41,651 nucleotides of DNA, taken from assembly GCF_001194135.2 (NCBI RefSeq), contig NC_068984.1, forward strand, positions 47,330,219-47,371,869, in the 5' to 3' direction. The DNA comes from Octopus bimaculoides. Its lineage: Eukaryota. The position numbers were made by a program, and so were the translations under genes. The notes below the pieces were generated by a model, which saw only the letters and a program-made list of their open reading frames with translations, had not been told where the DNA came from and did no database searches. Below, piece by piece: positions 1-12,272 of the stretch (position 1 is the first letter of the stretch; every line of letters begins with the position of its first letter).

Positions 1-500
1 ATATATGGCTGAAGCGGGAAGACCGAATATGGCTTGAAAGTCATAACATGTCTAGGTGAGACAGGCTGACACTGAAGTGGCTTCGCGCCCTCCATTGTCA
101 GTTAAAGTTCAGACAGTGGGAAGTTTAGACAGTGTCATGTGACAACTTGCTGGTGCTGCCTACTGGACCCTAGCAGCGGGAAATTTAGACAGTGTCACGT
201 GACAACTAGCTGGGGCTGCCTGCTGGAGCCCAGCAGCAGATATAAAAAGGGGGAACTTGACATGACGATCAGTCGAACGCTGATACTCGTTGATGCTGCA
301 TCGAAGAGGCCAGGGAATAGAAGAAAGAAGACATGCACCCAACACCAGAGCTGAAGACACCTCCGAAAGGAGGGGCCCCGCCACGTCAAAACGGTAGAGG
401 AGTAGGGGCCGAAACCGGACGTGGTTCCTCCTGATGATGTCTTGAGCTAACTGGATCCTATAAAGGAGCTGTTATGGTAGCAGACCACGAAACATGGTTG
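1..500 (+). mobile_element. GC-rich LTR-like or Penelope pseudo-LTR-like segment (left end probably outside window)
   Basis: Higher GC/CpG than flanks; tandem 60-bp repeat followed by TATAAAA at 241-247; CTGAAGA...GAAAC and CTGATGA...GAAAC motifs downstream. Class assignment is inference. Confidence 0.4.
118..237 (+). repeat. 60-bp tandem duplication (2 copies plus a partial upstream copy)
   Basis: 118-177 versus 178-237 match at 53/60 positions by direct comparison. Confidence 0.95.
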
Positions 501-1603
501 AAATTCCTTCCTAAGAAATTTAGAAAATGTAAAAGTGTAACTTTTACTCTTTGTCCAATGATAATTCACAACTAAAACGAATCTGCATTAATTATGACTT
601 AAAAAGTGTCAGAGTTTTTATTTACCATAAATTTCACTCTTGTCCTAAGGCGTCCGTTCTTTACCTGAGTAAATATAACAAACTATCCCCCACATCTTTA
701 AATATCGGTCCGGTATCTCGCTGAGAAGAAATATTTATCTTATACAGGGCAATGGAGATGGTTTATAGATTAGACTATCAGATTAGATTGCTTGACAGAA
801 CTTTATATGTTGATTCATTGAGACCTAAGTTCAAACGCTGCTGTCAAATTTGACTTCACTGTCAACCTTCTGGGTGTGGTGTGAATAATGGTTGGTTAAA
901 TTGCTGTAGATCTTCCAATGCGAAAGTTATCTAAGTAAAGCATTAGTAACAGAAATATAATATGTAACACGTGCGTAAGTGCTGCGAAGAATCGGGTAAC
1001 CTCTCATTAAGTAAATACCGTGATACGATTTCAATTCCTGAATAAAAAAAAAATTAACTTCAGTTTAGATTACTATTACTCTTGCCAACGTCACAATATC
1101 CGAGCGCCTTCTCCCTCTAAAATATAGAATCAACTTTCGTCATGACCAACTGTAATAACTGGAGACAACTACCTTCGACGTCTTCTAACCAGATGCATCT
1201 ATCGGTATAGTCGCTATTGACTTTTCAGGAGTAATGGTTCAGGTAATATTTATAGGAGTATGTAACTAAGAACCGCAGATCAGCGAAACATTTACAGGGA
1301 TAAGATGAACTTGTTTATGTATCTATTAAGAGCGAGCCAACAATTGAGAACGATGCGACTTTTTCAACACACAAGGGAAGTCATCAGAAAACAATAAACG
1401 CAATAAACGATGAGAGCCCGAAAATCTATAGAGCACATTAAAACATGTTTACCAAAGCATACACATTCTAAAAAGAACAATATTTCACAAGCAAGACAAA
1501 AATACACGATTTTAAGAAAACAATAACTACAACAACAACAAAACCCTAAAATATTTCATCTCCCAACATCACAACTCTGCACAAAATGCTTTTAACAATT
1601 ACC

Positions 1604-1671
1604 AGCATTTTATACACAAAAAATGTCTTCAAAATATAAGCATTTTATACACAAAAATGTCTTCAAAATAT
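1604..1671. repeat. ~35-bp tandem duplication
   Basis: agcattttatacacaaaaa(a)tgtcttcaaaatat occurs twice head-to-tail. Confidence 0.9.
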
Positions 1672-1761
1672 GAACAATAACAGCCAGAAAAATAACTTTA
1701 AGAAACGAAAATTGTATAACCACACATATTTACTTTGTGATAAAAGATAACATTTTTCCAA

Positions 1762-1930
1762 TCATGATGAAGTTCACCTCCACAGGTTTATAGTTGAGCT
1801 TGTGGCAGTTGAGACCTCCAGCATTTTTTGCTGGGGCAGAGATGGCTACCCACAAGTGCCAGCCCCATGAGTCAGAGTAGCTGTTCCAGCATCATCCGGG
1901 GCAACACCTTTTCCATTTTGCCTGCTGATT
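1762..1930 (+). mobile_element. Decayed 3' fragment of a CRE-like non-LTR retrotransposon (restriction-like endonuclease C-terminus)
   Basis: Frameshifted translation gives HRFIVELVAVETSSIF ... PHESE*LFQH ... IIRGNTFSILPA, matching the family pattern F.PVAVET.G ... DPRE..WLFQRLS.A..RGNA.SIL. Confidence 0.55.
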
Positions 1931-2099
1931 CCATGATAAATGTTTCTATATTGTGAGAGGAAAATTCTACATTAATCTTTATTAAATATTATAATTGGTT
2001 AAAAAAATTACTTTACTTCCTCTCCTACCTATTTCCTGTCTTTTGCTTACATTAAGGATGGCAAATTCCTAATTACATCTCAATAAAGTTTGCCTTACC

Positions 2100-2520
2100 A
2101 TATCCCTATAGGAGAGGCCTCATAGTATATGTAAAAATCATATGGCCATTGTATATTTATACACCATACTGCCACTTATTTCTGCTTATTACAAAAACAA
2201 TTTCAAAATTTACAATTTCTCAAATGGTGCTTCACAAGGATCTGCCCTCTCATCCACACCTCAAATCATGCATGCAGCTTCAATTCCAGATCATATCACA
2301 CTCACATCCTCATGGTATTCTCTACACACAATCTTACTAGTGTAATCTTGCATAAATCATCTAAACATTACTAAATCCATTGTCTTGCTTCTTACAAGCA
2401 ACACCAGATAACAACTGCAAACAACTATCATACTCAACAGCATAGCATTTACACCCACAATGAGAGTTACACTTGGACAAAAGTACTAAAACTGGAAGAC
2501 CACCTTATATACAAGAGGTA
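2100..2520 (+). mobile_element. Highly decayed LINE reverse transcriptase fragment
   Basis: SNGASQGSALSS resembles RT motif B (GVPQGSVLSP); downstream frameshifted RVTL/DKS/KLEDHL resembles LGVTLD..L.W..H. Confidence 0.45.
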
Positions 2521-4067
2521 CAGTTTGTTGCTATAACAAGTTTAAACGCTCATAGTCACTGTCATTAAATGAAAAATTTGTCTCCTCTCTGAAATACACA
2601 TGCAGCACACAAGCACTACAACTACTACTGTATTCCAAAGAAAATTTATCTTTCACAGAGACAAGATATGGAAAATGCAAATATACAAGAACATTCCTGG
2701 GATCATTTACCTCATTAGTCTGAAACTGTATTGGTGTGCACCCCACCAGAAGTAAATACAAATGAACAGCACCTTGCTGACCTTTTGGTCATCAACTGGA
2801 ACTACAGGCACAGCGGAAAAGATAGGAAAATGCAAATGCAAACGGCCTAGACTTTCACACTTCATCATAGGTAACTCTTTCCTGCTTGTTTGAGTTTTCA
2901 GTATGATTCTTAGTTAAGTGGAGAAATGATAACTACAGATGTATGTATTGTACCTCTATGAGTTATCTTGTTAGCTGCATACCACAAGAGGATTCTATTA
3001 GAGTTGATATAAAATTAAACAACAGCAACCTGTTTACAATCGCAAAGTCATGGACAGTGAAAATTATATGCAATTGCCTGTAACATAATGTCATTGAGAA
3101 AACATGAATTGTTTGGATTTGATTGATAATCTTGTGCATATCAAAAATAAATAAATACAATTCACAAAGTAGAAGATTGGAATCTGCACCAAGGAGGCTG
3201 GCAAAATGTTCAACATTTACATAGTTGTTTTCCTCTTCTGAGAGGTTTATAACCACTCTTCTCCAGCCATCCTTGTTTGAATCATGAGGTCAATGCTAAT
3301 AATTGGTTTTCCATAGAATATAGAATAAGGCAGATGTAATAAGGGAAAGTCAGAAAATGTAATTAAAAAAAAAAAAAGGTAAATTTTTAATATAAAGGAG
3401 AGATAAATTGATGTTAAATGAAGAACAAACACAAATTCACTTTCAAAGTATTTTATAATCATCATATATAAGTATATAGCAACTGAATTTAATTTTACAA
3501 CAATTAGAGCAAGAATTAAAAAGAAAATTGAAAAAGAAACAAAAAAAAAAATACGATCAAACCAAGTAACGAATGCAGAAATGAATCATTGTTCTTTGTT
3601 GTGTTTTATTACATTTTTTTTTAGTTTTTAATGCCAATGTGGTAACACAAATTACCTTAAAAAGTTTTCCTGAGGTATTACTTTTATAAAAAATTTTAAG
3701 TGATCTCTCTTACAGATCCAAGCCCCAAAATTCATAGGAAAATGGTTTAGTCATTTAAATCAAACCAGGCTTTGATTAGTAACACATATAATTGACACTT
3801 CAGAGGGGTGACAAATATGGAAACAGTTTGGATGGAATTAAATATTGACAAACATTTTTAGCTGGAGAACTTGAAAGATTTGGCCATTATGTTGAGTCCC
3901 TACATGATGGGTTTTGGGAATGGTAATGTAGTAGTAGATAGTGTTGGTTAACAGTCTAGAGTGTGATATTTCAGAAAGATGAATAGACAGAGCACAGACG
4001 GGAGAATAGTGTCTCAATGAAACTAAATGTCTGCTAACACAACACAATAATAACAGTAATAATAATA

Positions 4068-6117
4068 CTTTCTACTATAGGCACAAGGCCTGAAATTTTG
4101 GAGGAAGGGTTAGTCAGTTACATCAACCCCAATGCTAAATTAGTACTTATTTTATTGATCCCCCAATTGGATGAAAGTCAACCCTGGAGGCATAATAATA
4201 ATCCTTTCTATTATAGACACAAGGCCTGATATGTGGGAGGAGACTAAGTCAATTACATCGACCCCAGTACTTAGTTGGTACATTTTATTGACCCTGAAAA
4301 AAATGAAAGGCAAATACAACCTCAACAAACTTCGAACGTAAAGATGGACAAAATGCCACTAAGCATTTTGTCTGGCATGCTAATGATTCTGCTAACATGT
4401 CATCATAATAATAACAGATAATAATAATGGTTTCTCATATATGCACAAGACCACAAATTTAGTGGGGAGAGGAATAGCTGACTTCATTGTGCCTCATATT
4501 TCAGTGGTACTTTATTTAATATAGGCTGGGGGGGGGGGATGAAAAACAGTGTTGACCCTGGTGGGATATGAAGTCAGAATGCAAAAAAAAACAAGAACAA
4601 ATACTGCAATGCATTTATTCCAACACTCTAATGATTCTGCCAACGTGCCACCTTTTTGGCCAGCATTTTTGAGGAGAGAGGATTTATTGATTACATCAAA
4701 ACCCAGTACTTCAATGATACTTATTTTATTGACTCCGAAACAGATTAAAGATGAAGTTGACTTGTTAGATTTAAATCCTGAATGTAAACAATTCTGCCAA
4801 CTTGCCTCAACAACAATAATAATGGTTTCAAATTTTGGCACAAAGCCAACATTTTTGGGGGGAGGGGCCAATTTGATTACGCCAACCCCAGTGCTCAACT
4901 GATACTTATTTTATCAACCCTGAAAGGATGAAAGGCAAAATCGACCTCAGCAGAATTTGAACTCAGAATGCTAAGACAGATGAAATTCTGTTAAACATTT
5001 TGCCTGGCATGCTAATGGTTCTACCAGCTCACTGCCTTTAACATAATAATTATGATCCTTTCTACTACAGGCACAAGGCCTGAAATTTTACGGTAGGTGA
5101 ATAGTTGATTGCATTGACTCCAGTGTTCATTGAACCTGAAAGGATGAAAGACAAAGTTGACCTTGACAGAATTTGAATACATAATATAAACGACAGGTGA
5201 AATGCCCTTAAGCATTTTGTTCACTGTGCTAATGATTCTGCCAGCTCACTGCATTAATAACAACAATAATAATAATGATGAAAAGAAGAAGAAGAATATC
5301 TAATGTAGATGCAAAATCATACATTTAAACTCAAAGTGTAATAAGATATTAATAAAAAAAACTGAAAAGTATTTAATACACCCACCAGCTGATTCTGCCC
5401 ATCACCACCATAATAAGTTTACAATAAGACAAGTGTACATAATATAACAACAATAATAATATCTTACACCGGCACAAAATATAGGGAAGGTTTATAATTG
5501 ATTGAATTGATACCAATACTTAACTGGTATTATCTGTTCTCAATGGCAGAAGGATGAAAAGCCAAGTTAATAAACAAATATCTGAACTTAAAAAGAAAAA
5601 TCTGCCAGTTGACAGAACTTTAATTTAGACCTGTTCCTCAGAGCTTTTCTTTCTGCTTCTAAGCCATTATGTCAATAAATCCTTTCTACTAAAGGCACAA
5701 GGCCTGAAATTTGTGGGGAGGAGACTAGGCAATTACATCGATCCCAGTGTTTCGTTGGTACTTAATTTATCAACCCTGAAAGAATGAAAGGCAAAGTCGA
5801 CCTTGGTGGAAATTTGAACTCAGAACATAAAGGCAGATGAAATGGCACTAAGCACTTTGCCAAGCATGCTAACAGTTCTACCAAACTCGCCACCTTAATG
5901 GTAATAATAATGGTTTCAAATTTTGTCAAAAGGCCAACAGTTTTAGGGTAGGGAACTAGTTGATTATATTGACTCCCAGTGCTCTTATTTTATTGACCCT
6001 GGAAGGATGAAAGGCAAAGTCAACCTCAGCAGAATCTGAACTAAGAACGTAAAGATGGATGAAATACTTCTAAGCATTTTGCCAAGTGTGCTATTGATTC
6101 AGCCAGCTGACTGCTTT
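4068..6117 (-). mobile_element. Cluster of about 9 same-orientation SINE copies separated by (AAT)n
   Basis: Recurring ~200-bp units starting near 4068, 4204, 4429, 4650, 4823, 5058, 5490 (partial), 5681 and 5911. They share ggcacaaggcc, ggatgaaaggcaaagtcgacc, tttgaactcagaa and gctaatgattctgccagctc, and are the reverse complement of the SINE family at 39594-39828. Confidence 0.9.
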
Positions 6118-6484
6118 GAAGATGATAATGATAATAGTAATAATATTCATAATAATAATAATGATAATAATAATGTTAATGCCAAAAACTCAAATATTTT
6201 TATTCCATCTTCATAGTTTACTTCCAGTGTAATTTCAGAAGTATATTAATTTATACTTCATTTTGTGTATTTTTTCCCAATTTTTTTAGCTTTTTTTTTT
6301 ATAAATTTTTCCATATTTTAAAAATATTTTAAACATATTTATTAATATATAATTTAATTTAGAAATTAATTTATTTATGTATGCATATTTTCAGCTGACT
6401 TTTAGTGAAACTTGTTCTTTTCCACTTACCAATGTTTATATTGATGACGTGCATGGCTGTGTGTGTATCATTTATTATCAATAT

Positions 6485-7870
6485 AGTCTCATTGAGAAGT
6501 CTGAATACATTGACAAAAAAAGTTTTAAAACGTAATTGATGATTTAAATAAAAAAAAAGAAGAAAAATAAGGAATGCATTTGGTAATATAATTAGATAAC
6601 ATGATGACTTACAAAAGAGAGATTTCTGAAGTTGGACAGGTGGTCTATCTTTCTACTTCCCTATATGCTTACAAAAGGAGACATATCAATGTTATACAAC
6701 TAAATACGTGGTATTATAATCACCTAACTTCCGATACAGCAGTGAAATGCTTTCAACCAAATTTTTTATAGTAATCTCTAGTTATTTTCCCTTGTCGAAC
6801 TTGCAGTATCTTTTAAATTGGAAAATGATTAAACATTTTCCGTTTCAAATTTTGCTTTTAATATAATCCTGTAAATTTTCTTTAGGGTTCAGACCAAAAT
6901 ATTATACTGGTCATTTACCCAATAGAGTAATCTCATTAGCTAGAACTAAGCTATTCTTTGGATATATGTAGAAAATCCATGTTGGAATATATTGCAAATA
7001 AGAATGCTTATATGAGTAAGGAACAGCTTCAGTGGAACATGTAGGTAAGTTTCAGAATTGCATTGTAGGATATTATTCAAATACCAGTGCTGCCCTTTGA
7101 AGAAATAGCCCCCACCCCCATCACCCATATCATAATGGATGGCCATTGCTTGACTCATATGAGAATATATACATAAGATTGTACTTTGAGTTTGATGGAT
7201 GACAAACAAAAGGAGTTTTAGATGTAAATCCTTAATGGATGTTTTGTCATAAACATTACATTAAACCAGTCCACATTAGTCCAGTTTTTATTATCACTGC
7301 AGAAGTGCAGATAATCCTAGATGTCTTCTGTGAAAGCCTTATCTATTTTGCTGTACCTAAAGCAATTATTTAAAAGTCTTTTAGCAATCAACAACTTATT
7401 GTCTTAACATAGAATTCTTCCCTGTAAATTGTGATGCAACACAAAGATAATCAATCACACATTCAGTGTGAAGATTTTGGTACAAGGTCTACCTGACGTT
7501 GTATGTCATTTGTGCACATCTATCAAATGAAAATGGCAATAAGCTTTCTGGACATCGTCAACTGATACTTTTAGCTGTGCTGATATCTTCCTGTATGTGA
7601 GTCCATTGCTAAGCAAAGCAAGAATCTGAGCCCTAATTTCAAATGATGGTTCCATATTTTAATAAAATACTGACATCTCCTACACTAGCTTAAATCTCAA
7701 ATAGACAAGAAATTAGGAAGTAATATTTCATCATTCATATGCAATAATACATAATATAAGTAATCTTACTTGTGAAAGTAGCTAGTAGATAACTGATTTC
7801 TATACTTATATAAAAAATTTGAGAAAAATCTTAAATTTCGTTTTTGTATTCAGACTTTAGTCCAAGAGGA
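6485..7870 (-). mobile_element. Decayed Tc1-type DNA transposon with remnant TIRs
   Basis: Disrupted minus-strand translation: FEIRAQILALLSNGLTYRKISAQLKVS...SGRP (paired/HTH), KNWTNVDWFNVMF, VKQWPSIMIW..GAISSKG, IFQH, LNPKENL, NLVES. Inverted 13-mer aagtctgaataca (6497-6509) / tgtattcagactt (7845-7857). Boundaries approximate. Confidence 0.7.
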
Positions 7871-8431
7871 CATTTCATTTGATAATGTGTGTATGTATGT
7901 ATGTGTTTGAATATATGTGTGAGCATGTGTATTCCTCTGCATTGTGTGTTTATACATCTTTATCAGAACAAGTGTTTGCATCTGTATTAATTCATGAGCC
8001 TATAAATATTTATTTGTGTGCATATATGTATATGTGTTCCTCTGTGTATGCATGTAAATGTGGTAGTGTGTGTGTGAATGGAGAAGATTCAATCTTGTTT
8101 TTGTCGGCCAATAAACGTCTCCATACTTTGAGTGGTAGCAAAGAAGTTACAAACCACTGACATACATCTCACCGGCAAGTACCTAAAAGACAAATATAAG
8201 AGAAACAAGAGTTATATTTTTTGTTACAATAGCTAGCCATATCAAATATTACATAACTTTATCACAGTAACATATAGAAACAATTAGTCATATCATGCAG
8301 TTAACTCATAAAATAATAATTTATTAATGACATTTAAAATTCATATATAGTTTATAATAGTAATTTATTAATAATTAATAATTCAAAAATTAAATATGAC
8401 TTAATTGAAGAATAAAATTCAACTGAAAATA

Positions 8432-9655
8432 CCAAGTCATCCCATAAGTTCTGTCTGAATTTTGAATAAAGAAAAACAAGTGATCAAATGTCATATATAA
8501 TTGGAATTTAATCATCAATGTACTTTCCCTGATTATCTATGACTTCCTTTCATCTATTTACAAGCTTTTTAATCCCAGCAATGTAAAGCTCTTTTGGTTT
8601 CAAAGCGAAGAACTCTGAAATGTCAGTTTTGACCTTCTCCTGGCTTGTGAAAGTTATGTCCCCCAACTGATTCTGTAAACTATGAAACAAATGGTAGTCT
8701 GAAGGAGCAAGGTTGGGAGAATAAGGTGGATGAGGAATTTTTTCCCAATCAAGCTCTTCGATCTTCTTTGATGTGATCTTTGCAGTGTGGGGTCACACAT
8801 TATCCTGATGAAACATCACTCCTCTTTGATTCACTAAAGTGAGTCTTTTTTTCTTCAAAGCTTGATTCAAACACTCTAATTGCTGACAGTAGACTTGAGC
8901 ATTGATTGTTGCATTAGGTAGTAACAATTCAAAGTGAATTACTCCTTTCCAATCCCACCAAATAGAGGGAAGAACCTTTTTCACATGAAGTTCCCTTCTT
9001 GGTTGCGGTTGAGATTTTTCCCTTTTACCATGCCACTGTTTATGATGTTTAACATTTCGATAGAAGATCTATTTTTCATTACCAGTCACAAGTCTATCCA
9101 AAAAGAGTAAAATGAGTTCGTGAGAAAGGAGAGATGAGCAGAAGTCAACTTGGGATTTACGGTTGCTTTCAGACAATTCATGAGGCACCCATTTTCCAAG
9201 CTTAGGAACCTTTCCAAGTTGTGAAGATGACGATAATGCAGGATTTTCTTCAAGTAATGCCTCAAGGAGCTTATCATCAAACTCAGCTGGATGTCCTGTT
9301 CGATCTTCAAGGCTGAAATCTCTACTTCTGAATTTTGCAAACCATCTTCAGCAAGTTCTTTCATTCAATCATTCTTTCCAATAAACTGAATGTATGTTTC
9401 GAGTTGCTTCGGCTGCAGAATTTCCTTTCTGTACTCATAAAGCATTATGTGCCTTAAATGCTTTTTGGATACTTCCATGTTAGAAAGGGTTTTAATCAAA
9501 GAAATTTTAATTCTATTATTCTGTAAAATAATATTTAATTACTTTAAATGTACACAAATGCATAAAAACAATTCCATTAGACATTCTGAAATACTATTAA
9601 ATTACATTCGATTTTAAAAAAGGTAAAATCGGACAGAACTTATAAGATGACCTGG
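8432..9655 (-). mobile_element. Near full-length mariner (DD34D) transposon, transposase inactivated
   Basis: TIRs ccaagtcatcccataagttctgtctgaatttt / aaaatcggacagaacttataagatgacctgg with TA on both sides. Minus-strand CDS relic 9478-8508: MEVSKKHLRHIMLYEYRKGNSAAEATRNI, TGDEK, WWDWKGVIHFELL, HQDN, HPPYSPNLAPSDYHLF, GKYIDD*; several stops and frameshifts. Confidence 0.95.
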
Positions 9656-11705
9656 TATCTTTTTAGTCTTTGTGTATAACGACTTTTGGCAAGTGGAAAA
9701 TAAATTATGCAATACATGAGAATTATGTAATACATGATAATTTATAAATTGATAGTATATAGATAAATTATTGAGTTTATATGCAATGATCAAGGAGACT
9801 GACCTCTCATCAGAAAGACAGAAAAATATTTTTACAGCATCATGAAATTAAGTGTAAAATTTTTGACAAGCAATACCATTTGGAATATATCTACCTATAC
9901 CTATCTATCTATCTATCTATCTATCTATTTATCATTTTTATATTTTTATACTGTCTATCTCTCTGTATCATACTAGTATTATCAATAAGCTTTTGTTTTT
10001 AATTTAAGCTACCCTTTATACAGCTGGAAACTCATTCTTTAGGTATACTCAATTACAAAGGATGAGAATATTATCAGTGAATCAAACTGAAGCATGTACA
10101 GTTGTGTCTAATATAGATCGCAAAGGTCACCACACACACCTTCTTCAAACAGACCAAGGAATTTAAACTCGACCATATGACTACACAGTGAAGATTAGAC
10201 ATAAGAATGGCTATCTAAGAGAGTCCAGCACATCATCCTCTGCCACTTGGGGCATCGTAAATACAGCAAAACCTTACATCACAGGCTCTAAATTAGATCC
10301 CTCTACAACACAGCAAAGTTTTTCAACGAATAAAAATTCTTAACCCCTTTCCTTTCCTTCTTTTTTCTTACTTTGTTTTTTTTTAACACATGTATAACAA
10401 ATGTGTGGGAAGGTTTTGTTTTGAAATACATTTAAAATATTCAGTATCAGATAATACACTTAATAAAACAATGTAGAGTAACTGAAATTGTATACTTGTG
10501 ATTATAAAACTACATATGTAGTCATTTCCCCAGAGTAAAAACATGTCAGTAATGGAAAGGGTTAATCTGGAGACAGATCTAATATTGTTTTGCAGATGCA
10601 AAACCTATCTGCAGACATCTTAAAATCACATAGATAATGCCAACCAAATTCAATCTCTTCTAACTCAATATCCTACAATAACCATACAACTACTATGACA
10701 TTCATAGCTAAACCAACACAATATTCAAATGTGTATGCATTTGTTTGTGCATGTGTATGTATAAAATAATAGAGAAGATAAAATAAGTCAGAGCAGTAAA
10801 TAATGTTCCATTTTTTTTTTATTTATATGAAATGTCTGGATTTTCCTAAGGAAACAGCAGACCACTGTTTATTTTGTATTTAATGTTTCTTTTTTTTTGT
10901 GCCTGTGTAGATGTCTACACCAAAAAAAAACAAAAAAAAACCCAAAACAAAACAAAAACAAAAATACAAACAAACAAACATAAGTAGTGGTCTGCTATTT
11001 CCTTACCAAAATCCAAACATTTTATATATGCATATAAATGAAAGAAAAGAAAGAAAAATGCCCATTGTTTAACTTTCTCTATCAAATCGTTATTAATATT
11101 TTTTGCTGCAGACTTCCAAGAACTCCTCCTACCACACACACACACACACACACTGCTTTGTACCTGTATGCTAGTCTATAAATTGGACATTTCTGCACAA
11201 CTACATATTTATATCTTTGTTCTTCATATATTAGTTTACTTACATGTCCCCATAACTACACATTCTGGTGGATGAATACTTGAACACAACTTGTACTTAT
11301 ATATATATATATATATATACACATGTGTGTATGTATGTATGTATGTGTGTCTAGTTCTATGCACATGTATATATACTTTATGGTACACAGACAATCAGTA
11401 AAACTCATACACACACTGACATGCATCAGAAGTACCTTTGCACACACATCTATATAGATAAATTCATTTATGTCTGATTTATTACACTTGTATAGACACA
11501 TAGTTTTTTTTACCTAGTTAAGTATGGTTGTGTTTGTATGTATGCAACTGCTTCAATATATTTGTGCATATGTGTGTGTATTCATTGGTTTGAGTTTGTG
11601 TAGATTAAAATTGTTCCATCATATTTGCCTCAATATAAAATATATCAGATTATATGTGTATATGTATGTATAAGCTTATTTAAAACTTTTCTATGCTTAT
11701 AGATT

Positions 11706-12076
11706 CTTCTATTCTTTTACTTGTTTCAGTCATTAGACTACAGCCACACTGGAGCACCACTTTGAATAATTTTAGCCAAATGAATCAACTGCAGTACTCA
11801 TTTTTTTAGGCCTGGTACTTATTGTATTGCCTGCTTTTGCTAAACGACTAAGTTACAGGGACGTAAACACAGTAACACTAGTTGTTATTCTGTGGAACGA
11901 TACACACATGCACAATGAGTTTCTTTCATTTTCTGTCTACCAAATCTACTCAGATGACTTCGATCAGACTGAGGATATAGTAGCAGGCACTTGCTCAAAG
12001 AGTCACACAGAGGTATTGAACCTTGAATAATGTATCGGGAAAGCAAATTTCTTACCCTGCAATCACACCTGTGCCT
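11706..12076 (-). mobile_element. SINE (abundant cephalopod-type family), decayed
   Basis: Tail tcttttacttgtttcagtcatt...ctggagcacc at left; head-like aggtattgaacc...cttacc at right. Family recognised from memory. Confidence 0.7.
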
Positions 12077-12112
12077 ATGACTTCAAATATACATCAGCAT
12101 GTAGAAGTACAC

Positions 12113-12272
12113 ACATCATCATCATCATCATCATCATCTGTTATTGTCCGCTTTCCATGCTAGCATGGGTTGGATGATTTGACTGAGGACTGGTAGACCA
12201 GGTGGCTACACCAGGCTCCAATCTGATTTGGCAGAGTTTCTACAGCTGGATGCCCTTCCTAACGCCAACCAC
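12113..12272 (-). mobile_element. Retroposon 3' fragment with (ATG)n tail
   Basis: (catc-atc)n followed by gtccgctttccatgctagcatgggttgg...gatgcccttcctaacgcc; close reverse complement of 31335-31482. Confidence 0.85.

Noticed and set aside
2531-3256. Two same-frame minus-strand ORFs (76 and 97 aa) that look protein-like
   Set aside because: Separated by several stops, with no recognisable motif or coherent splice pattern; the region may be the continuation of the plus-strand LINE relic. BLASTx would settle it.
4512-4902. Overlapping 128- and 117-aa ORFs
   Set aside because: They lie within decayed SINE copies of the cluster.
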